Below are positions 55,803 to 64,000 of a stretch of 64,000 bases of DNA, piece by piece. Made by a program: the position numbers and the translations under genes. The stretch is from Eledone cirrhosa. Taxonomy: Eukaryota. Below the pieces are notes generated by a model. The model was given only the letters and a program-made list of their open reading frames with translations, was not told the origin of the DNA and did not search any database. Location of the stretch: the NCBI GenBank assembly GCA_964016885.1, contig OZ024745.1, positions 42,408,001 to 42,472,000 on the forward strand, written 5' to 3'. How positions within the stretch are numbered: the stretch's first letter is position 1; each line of letters begins with the position of its first letter.

Positions 55803-56198
55803 TACGAGGGTAATCCCAAAAGTAAGGTCTCCAAAGCGATGGGGACGCAGAGAAATTGTTCGTACGGCTGTTGGCAACACTGTTGTGATTGGTGCTTCCT
55901 TCACTCCCAAACAGCATGCGCGCGCTTCGCTGGGATGCTCAATCTTGGCTTGGCAGCCGTTGAGAATGGAGCTCCTGTTGAACGCTACCGCCAAGTGCGA
56001 AATTCGCGCAGTTATTATATAGAGAGCAATCACAAAATTAAGGTCTCCTTCCGAGGAAAACATGCGTAAAGATCGGCGGATCACTCTGGATGCTCTCTGC
56101 ATTTTGGTTCCTGGGGTTTCCCGAAGCACCATCCACAGGATTTTAACGGAAAAGTTGCAATATCGGAAGGAAACCTTACTTCTGGGATTGCCCTAGTA
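55803..56198 (+). mobile_element. Internally deleted mariner element with TIRs and TA target duplication
   Basis: Seen: TA-CGAGGGTAATCCCAAAAGTAAGGTCTCC ... GGAAACCTTACTTCTGGGATTGCCCTAG-TA. Transposase remnants CEIRAVI and DRRITLDAL...VSRSTIHRILTEKLQYRK. Confidence 0.88.
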
Positions 56199-56489
56199 TA
56201 TTCATTCTAACATACATCCACATATGTACAACTACATATATACAACTACATATATACAACTACACATACTCACACTCACACTCATACAAACACTCACGCT
56301 GTCATCGAGGTTAAATCCTTCCTATTTGAGTAAGCCATCCACTTGTTGCTGAAGCCCTTTGCATTATAACTTTAAACTGTGAAGGGCTGAACTTAAACTT
56401 GCTAGAGAAAGTCCCTGTACGCCTAATTCAGGCGATGATGAACTTGCTCCGTTCATGTTTTATACGTAATTATTATAGATCCGTGGATG

Positions 56490-56660
56490 AAACATGGCCG
56501 AATGGTGAAAAAGTTTGTTTCGCAATCATCACGTCCCGACTTCGATCCTTCTGTGTCACATCTTCTGTGTGGCACCTTGAGCAAGAGTGTTTTACTATTG
56601 CCTCGAGTCAACTGAGTGAAATTGGGCAGATGGAAACTGTTTGGAATCCCGATGGATGAT
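56490..56660 (+). mobile_element. Decayed CORE-type SINE (related fragments at about 54300-54440 and 58600-58760 on the minus strand)
   Basis: Seen: ATGGCCGAATGG (A box), GGCACCTTGAGCAAG (CORE-like), GATGGAAACTG. Confidence 0.55.
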
Positions 56661-56854
56661 TCTACTTGTAATTCAAAGGACCAATCACATTTTATGTCAT
56701 ATTAATTTTTCTTGAGAATTACGTTAAGTTTGCATGTGTTTGTTGAATACTCATTCACAGACCTGTCAACTCTCCCCGTCGGACAGGGACATCTCCCATG
56801 CACTTTAGGATGGATGAGAGATGTCTTCTCTTGTGAAAATGGGTATAGCTTTCG

Positions 56855-57155
56855 GTAGATTGGCAGTATCAGTAGAGAGTCGGACGCCATGCTTTCCAGC
56901 ATAGTTACGTCCCTTTACGGTCTGAGTTCAAATCCCGCCGAGGTTAACTTTGCCTTTCATCCTTACGGGGTCGATAAAATAAAGTACCGGTAATGTACTG
57001 GGTAATTGCTGGCCTTGTGCCAAAAGTAGAAACAATTATTTAAAATCCCGCCGAGGTTAACTTTGCCTTTCATCCTTACGGGGTCGATAAAATAAAGTAC
57101 CAGTAATACACTGGATAATTGCTGGCCTTGTGCCAAAAGTAGAAACAATTATTTA
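56855..57155 (+). mobile_element. Young SINE with tandem duplication of its 3' half
   Basis: Seen: near-identical to 25395-25575, with a second AAATCCCGCCGAGG...AATTATT block at about 57043-57155. Older copies at about 52820, 58050, 59460 and 60900. Confidence 0.9.
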
Positions 57156-60019
57156 AAATTTCCCTATTTTGCTTCATTTCTCCTCGTTTGGGGGCACTTT
57201 TATCACTGTACTCCTCGTTTGGATGTTTAGAGGTTGGCAGGTGCATTTATGTACACGTCAAATCACAAGTCGGATGTGCAGTTGGTCAAACGACATTGAA
57301 TGTTCATTGCCGAAGCCTACGAATTATCCATCATTATACCATACTGAAATATGCTATAGTTCCATTCCATTGTTCACAAGAAAACACACCATTATTTCAA
57401 TATTTCATCTAGTTCTTTTGTTATTTTTAGTGATGTGTAACTTTCAATATCTCCACAAAAGACAAACAGTTTTAAAATTGTGAACTCATACAACTTGTAC
57501 TATTTCACCAGCATGTTTACAATTGCAGAAAAAAAACTCACCCGCAAATATCAGTTTATTTATTCACTAATTAAATAAACTGTCATATCTTCTACACTGA
57601 TACAGTTATGTAAATAAAATATTTTATATGAAAAAGTATTTTACAAAATATGAAAACATATTTAAACTATAGCAACTATCACACACACTATCAAGCGGAG
57701 CTTAGCAGTCGTTGCGCGATAATAAAAAGTTATTATGATAACCATAATTACTCTAATCATAATGATCCTCCGCATCATCCTGATCATCACGATTGCTATA
57801 ATCATAATCATAATCATTATCTTCAACAAAATTACGAACCATCATGGGAGCTTCTGTGTAGAGGCTTAATCTATTAAAATAAAAATGATGCATTAGCTAA
57901 TAAAGATAGCATATACTATACTAATATTCGCGCAACAAATATTGTTGTGCTAAAAGTGGTGAATACTATGTACAGCATATATGCATATAATTGCATTCAA
58001 TATTAGCTAAAACAATTAACAGTGTTTTGAATGCGAAGTCGCGAAAATTTGGTAGATCGGCAGAACGTCGGACAAATTCACGTTTGAGTTCAAATCTCGC
58101 AAGGGTAAACTCAACATTTCATCATTCTACTATCAATAAATAAAGTACCAGTCAAGTATTGATGTCTATTTAATCGTCTGGCCCTTTACTCCATATAACA
58201 GTCGTTGGGCCTAAATTAGAAACAATATTCGTTCGAACACTATGTACCGATTATCAACCTAAATAACTAATGAAAGCAGGCGAAAGCAAAATAGCTGAAT
58301 GCTTAAATTCCATATTTGCTAGGTAAATATGTTCCCCGTTTCTATTGTTTATTCTCAAGTCGGTTCAGATCGGTAAACCTATATTCGAAAGCATCTTGCA
58401 TATTTTTCAAGTATGTGTCGAATTACATTAGCTAATGTGTGTTTCTTTTCTTTTTATCTTACGCATGACGTAGTCAACAGAAGGCAATATTCATAATGAT
58501 TTTCAGGATTTTCTGAACTTGTGGGAGGAAGGGAGGAGGTTATTCTCAAATTAGATGTATGGCTCGAATTCTTCCAGGTATGAGATGATAATGTTAAACA
58601 TGGTGACGGATTAAGCCAAACACACAAGATCATGAACTGTTCGCCTGACGGGATTCCACACAGTTTCCGTCTACCGAATTTTTCTTTACTCACAGAAGTT
58701 TGCTAGACTCATTGTTATTGCAAAAAAAACGTTTCAAGATGTCACTCGAAGGAACTGAACCCGATATTATGTGTGATATGTTGAATATTTGGCTGCTATT
58801 TCTCGCAAGTCAAGTGATGAAGTAAATGGCACCATGATTAGCTCCAAAATATTTGTTTGTTTGCTTGATGTAGCACGGTTCTTAATTTTACTCTTATTAG
58901 TGTCTGCAAATATGACTTTCCACTATGTCGTCTGTCTTTTTCAATTTACAACTTACATTCCAATGTAAATCACAATCCTTTCCAATTCCTTTCTGTGTTG
59001 GTAATTCAAAAGCAGAAGTTTTCTTGAAATCACAGCAGGTAGAGATTAAAGCATGAAGCTTCACATGAATAATGTAAAAAGATTTCTCATCCTAAATCCA
59101 AACATTGTGAACTTCAATAAATGATTTATTTCAGACTTCATTCAACTTGTCATAAACAATAATTGACTTCCCGGCAGAATGTCTCAACTAACAAGCTTGC
59201 GGTTTTAGTGTGACAGATAGAAAAGTACTTTATTCAATTGCTGGGACTCGAGAGGTGGACATTATCTACGAATCATGAGTTTCTGAAAAATATAAAAAAA
59301 ACTTTTTTAAAAATACATATAATTCTATTTTTTTAAATACATTGTTGAAAAACTATAGAAGAAAATAAAACATTGATTATTTTTATTAGAAATTTTTAAC
59401 TGCAGCTTATCCTCACGAAAAACAAATAAGGGCGTTATTATTATAATTTTAATAATTTAGCAGTAGATTGGCAGAATTGTTAGACCCGGAGAAGATGGTT
59501 TGCAGTATTTATTCCGTTTTTTTTATGGTCTGGCATTCAAATCCCGCCGAGTTCAAATTTACCTTTTATCCTATTGGGGTCGAAAAAAATAATGTACTAG
59601 TTAAGTACTGAAGTCGATTTTTTTCTACTACTTCTCCCTAGTTTTTAGCCTTGTATCTGTGTTATAAATAATAATTATTAAGCACCAAAGCCTATAAGGA
59701 TTAAGACTAATATATTGTATCTAATGTCTATATTTTCGCTAAATTAATCTCCCGGACTTGGAGATTTTTACAACCCCCTTTACTTTCTTAGAGTCTATTC
59801 TAAGACTCTTGTAAAAATTAAAAAATGCTGAAAATTAGAAAAGATTGACCCGTAACTTTCAGGTTATATATCTTTACGTTTTGGTAGTGTGATTGTTTTC
59901 CTTGCACCCACCATGTTTGTATAAGGGATTGGGAACTATTTTATATTAAAGCATTTGGCAAGTTTTTTATGCATTGAATTTTATCTAGTCCAGGTAATTT
60001 CTGATTGCCTTATCTTCTC

Positions 60020-60347
60020 CTGATCTCCGCTATATTTTCTTTTGCAATGTTTTTCCTCACAGGTAATGCTTTAAAGATTTAATTTGTTGTTGTTCAATGA
60101 CTTAATTCTTTTGTTTTATTGTATTTTCTACTTCCCATATATTCCTTCAAATATTTTCTAGTTTTTCTGTATGTGTATTTATATTAACTTTATTTATTTA
60201 ATTCGTTGCAAAGGCGTCTTTTGTCTTCTCTTCGCAACATTTCATTTTGTTTGATTCGTTTGTCAAATCTCTGTATCTTATGTTTTAACATTGATCTTGA
60301 ATTGATACACACAGACAGATACATACACGAATATGTATATTACTCTG

Positions 60348-60415
<68 letters not shown>

Positions 60416-60860
60416 CTAAGATCATGTTTGTCTTGAATAAGCTTTCTATGTTACATGGCTTTATATTCATGTGGTCATATTTTTTTGTGTCCATGTTTTT
60501 GGTCTGACATATTGCAGCTCTACACGTTCTCTTGTCATTTATTTCCTGCTGAATATTTTATTTCCAAACCGGATATGCTATAGGTTTTCTAATTTTCTCC
60601 CTTATTTCGCTGCATGCAGTTCTGTTTTACACATGCTGTGACGTGCATTATTTGGTTTAAAGCCATTATAGCTATTTCATTATTTGCTCTGTAACTATTT
60701 ATAATGCATGGTTAGTTTGTTTGATTAGGGCTCTGGTTTTGCCGTTATATGGATTTTGCTGGATCGTAGTCTGTTTTCAATTTGTACAAATATTATTTCT
60801 CTAACGTTTTGTTTAATTTACTCTATGATATTTTTTAAGTCACAACATTAATTCATTTGT
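60020..60860 (-). pseudogene. Possible very decayed R4/Dong LINE N-terminal region
   Basis: Seen on minus strand: KHKIQRFDKRIKQNEMLRREDKRRLCNEL. Only weak recall-based similarity. Confidence 0.3.
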
Positions 60861-61509
60861 ATTGGGTCTAATGGTTATTGCCTAAGAATGGGTTGGAAAA
60901 ATCGAGAAAGCGTAGGATAAGATACCTTGCTGAATTTGTTCGGCTTGTTCATGTTCTGAGTTCAAATCTCGCTACGGTCAATTTTTCCCCTCATCCTTCT
61001 GAAGTCGATAGAATAAAGTACCAATCAAGTACTAGGGTCGATGTAAACGATGTATCCTTCCTCGCGAGATTGCTGTCCTTCAACCTAAATTAGAAACCAT
61101 TGTTATTAATTGCGAATGTGTAGGTTTATCCACAGTGCTTCACTCGACGAAATACACTCGTATACTGACATCCGATTCAATTATCACCTTATCTACTAAT
61201 CCTTCCGTTTAGTAGTCTGCGCTGGAACGTAAAGTCAACATATATAGGCAGTTTATGTTGAGTTTGTTCCTACTAGAGTAGTCGGTTATCAATATTCTGT
61301 AGTTATAAATGAACTACTCCCTATATCTTCACATTTTATAGCTCCACAAGCTGTCAGAAATTAGGAACTGTTAAGTGTTCAACATATATTTCCATCGGGT
61401 ATTTAACTAAACACAAATGGCTATGTTTTTACGTGTCTTACGTAAGCATTTAGGTTGGTAATCTTATTTCAGTCAAACATTTGTAGATGTAAACAAACGA
61501 TATACGTAG

Positions 61510-62345
61510 AAACACAAGGACTCTGGCTTTACTGTAACACTGGCTCAGAGCAGGAGAGTTAAGGCGAAAAAGACATCGGATGCTGAATTTGCCGACGACA
61601 TAGTTCTGGTGACAAACACAGTGAAGGAGGCAGAGGAGTTGATGCAGAAGGTGGAGACTGTGTTGATGAGTGTGGGGCTGAGAATGAATGAGATTAAGAC
61701 GAAGTATTTGATAGAGAATATTAAGAAGCCAGAGAAGATTACTAATGTAGGTGGGAAGCCGCTAGAATTGGTTGAGCACTTCCTGTATCTGGGAGCAAAG
61801 ATTGGGAATACAGAAGATTATGTGGTCGAGAGGAAGGGCAAAGCCTGGGCGGCGTGCCACAGTTTGAGATCGGTGTAAAAGTCGGACCTTCGTAAAACAC
61901 CTGAAGATCCGTCTATTCGTTACTGTAGTGGAATATGTGCTGTTGTACGGGTCTGAGACTTGGACACTCACCAAGAAACTCACTCAGATGGTGGATGGGT
62001 GCTACACGAGAATGCTGAGGATGGCTCTGTATATTAATCAGTATACTCTGAGGATGAAGAACTCAGAGCTGTAAGGGAGCCTCCCAAAAGTCAGCTCGAA
62101 AGTAACACAAAGTAGATTGAGGTTAGCTGGACATGCTCACCGATATCCAGAGTTGACACTGCACTCAGTGCTCCTGTGGGAGCCCCTGCATGGACATACT
62201 GGAAGAGGAAGACCGGGGTTGACATATGTTGATGCCCTAAGGACAGACACTGGTCTGTTGGAGACGCAGCACATGGCAACGATGATGAGGGATAGAGACT
62301 GCTGGAGAGAACTCGTCCATGGATCTCGGGAATTTTACCCGCCCT
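61510..62345 (+). pseudogene. RTE-clade LINE 3' fragment (RT motifs to C-terminus), ending at (TA)n
   Basis: Seen: DAEFADDIVL...VGLRMNEIKTK...FLYLGA...KIRLF...VLLYGSETWTLTK...DGCYTRMLRMAL...RLRLAGH...LLWEP...RGRP..TYVD. Confidence 0.92.
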
Positions 62346-62354
62346 ATATATATA

Positions 62355-62419
<65 letters not shown>

Positions 62420-62494
62420 GAAAAGAATGACTTCACTTGTAATACTAAACAATTTAATTTAATTTTATAATATCATTATATATATATATATATA

Positions 62495-63366
62495 TAAACG
62501 GAAAAAATGAAACGAAATTTCATTTCTCACTCTTAGTACGGCTGTTACTTAAATATAAGTATGTATACGTACATACATATATGTATACAGACGTACAGTA
62601 GTATGTATATATATATACATACATGCACACATATATATATATATGTACGTATGGATTCACCGAACATTTATTATAATGCTCGGTGTGTCTGTAAACAAAC
62701 ATCCAGAATTAAGCCGTACAGTGTCTAGCAACCATCGTAGCTCATTTGTTCAAAACTGACAAAGGAATGCTGTACTAGTTTCAAGCTTCTTAGCTATCGT
62801 CAGCAACGTATACCTTCCTGCCAGATGGTTGAACGTCTGAAAGTATATACTCTCCTTATGCATATTAACGGCTGAGCAGCCTAATTTGCATATCGAGTGA
62901 GTTAATCGGCCGGGGTACGGAAAACGATAAACGGAAAAAATGAAACGAAATTTTATTTCTCAGCCGTACTAAGTGTGAGAAATAAAATTTCGTTTCATTT
63001 TTTCCGTTTATCGTTTTCCGTACTCCGGCCGATTAACTCACTCGATATGCAAATTAGGCTGCTCATCCGTTAATATGCATAAGGAAAGTATACACTTTCA
63101 GACGTTCACCATCTGGCAGGAAGGTATACGTTGCTGACGATAGCTAAGAAGCTTGAAACTAGTACAGCGTTCCTTTGTCAGTGTTGAACAAATGAGCAAC
63201 GATGGTTGCTAGACACTGTACGGCTTAATTCTGGATGTTTGTTTACAAACACACCGAGCATTATAATAAATGTTCGGTGAATCCATACGTACATATATAT
63301 ATGTGTGCATATATGTATATATATATACATTCTACTGTACGTCTGTATACATATATGTATGTACGT

Positions 63367-63373
<7 letters not shown>
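62495..63373. mobile_element. Head-to-head palindrome of a 433-bp hammerhead-containing unit, between (TA)n tracts
   Basis: Seen: 62560-62962 mirrors 62976-63373. TAAACGGAAAAAATGAAACGAAATTT recurs at 62495 and 62928 (offset 433). Confidence 0.92.
63128..63170 (+). ncRNA. Minimal type I hammerhead ribozyme, intact core (mirror copy 62767-62809 on the minus strand)
   Basis: Seen: ACGTTG-CTGACGA-tAGCTaagaAGCTt-GAAA-CTAG-TA-CAGCGT. Palindromic 4-nt stem III as described for PLE and retrozyme hammerheads. Confidence 0.92.
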
Positions 63374-63430
<57 letters not shown>

Positions 63431-63489
63431 GTGGCCCTTAGCAATAGGTAATTTTCATAAAGTTAAATATTTAAATATTTGCCTTAACC

Positions 63490-63740
63490 TCTCCTTGCTC
63501 TTTGCTCTCTTTTTCTCATTGCTCTCCTTTATTCTTGCTCACCTTTTCTCATTGCTCTCCTTTTCTCATTGCTTTCATTGCTCTTTTTTGCTCCTTCCTC
63601 TCTTTGCTCTCCTTTTCTCCTTCCGTTCTTCGCTCTCCTTTTATCCTTGCTCTCATTGCTCTCCTTTTCTCATTGCTCTCATTGCTCTCCTTTTCTCATT
63701 ACTCTCCTTTTCTCCTTACTCTCCTTTTCTCCTTGTATCT
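63490..63740. repeat. Pyrimidine-rich degenerate minisatellite (TTCTCATTGCTCTCCTT-like)
   Basis: Seen directly. Confidence 0.8.
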
Positions 63741-64000
63741 ATGTACATGTTTATATACAAATACAATGAGAAAAAGGAGCAGGGATAAATATGAAAGCAT
63801 GTTAATATGAATAAAATAGATATGTTAATTTGACTAAGATAGAGGGGTGAGAGCTAAACTTTTAGAAAGTTGAAAAATGAGGGCCACCCTTATATATACT
63901 TCTGTGGACGTTTATGTAAATGTATTGTTCTTCTCTTTAATATTTTCCTTTATATCCGATAAATAGATTGGGCAGTGCTGAAATTAACAGAGTTTGAATC

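Overview
AT-rich, microsatellite-dense eukaryotic DNA. The repeat landscape (tRNA-derived SINEs, mollusc-type 5S, long (TA)n/(CA)n tracts) suggests a cephalopod, probably an Octopus-like genome; this is inference. No intact host gene is supported, and most supplied ORFs are microsatellite translations. Bases 1-9711 are a 74/75-bp satellite array with a 1410-bp (19-monomer) higher-order duplication. The rest is a mosaic of SINEs, decayed LINEs (Penelope GIY-YIG, Tx1/L1, RTE, R4/Dong, CRE-like, CR1/L2-like), Helitrons, mariner derivatives and a 5S copy fused to a SINE. The most striking signal, read by eye, is about ten small non-coding elements from several sequence families, most abutting (TA)n tracts. 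Nearly all carry a type I hammerhead ribozyme, intact or decayed. They occur either as head-to-head palindromes with both 3' ends pointing outward or as 430-670-nt partial tandem units. Several share a covarying RCTC...GAGY hairpin with the 3' end of the Penelope-like element. I interpret them as Penelope-mobilised, retrozyme-like parasites. All folds were derived by hand and none was computed.
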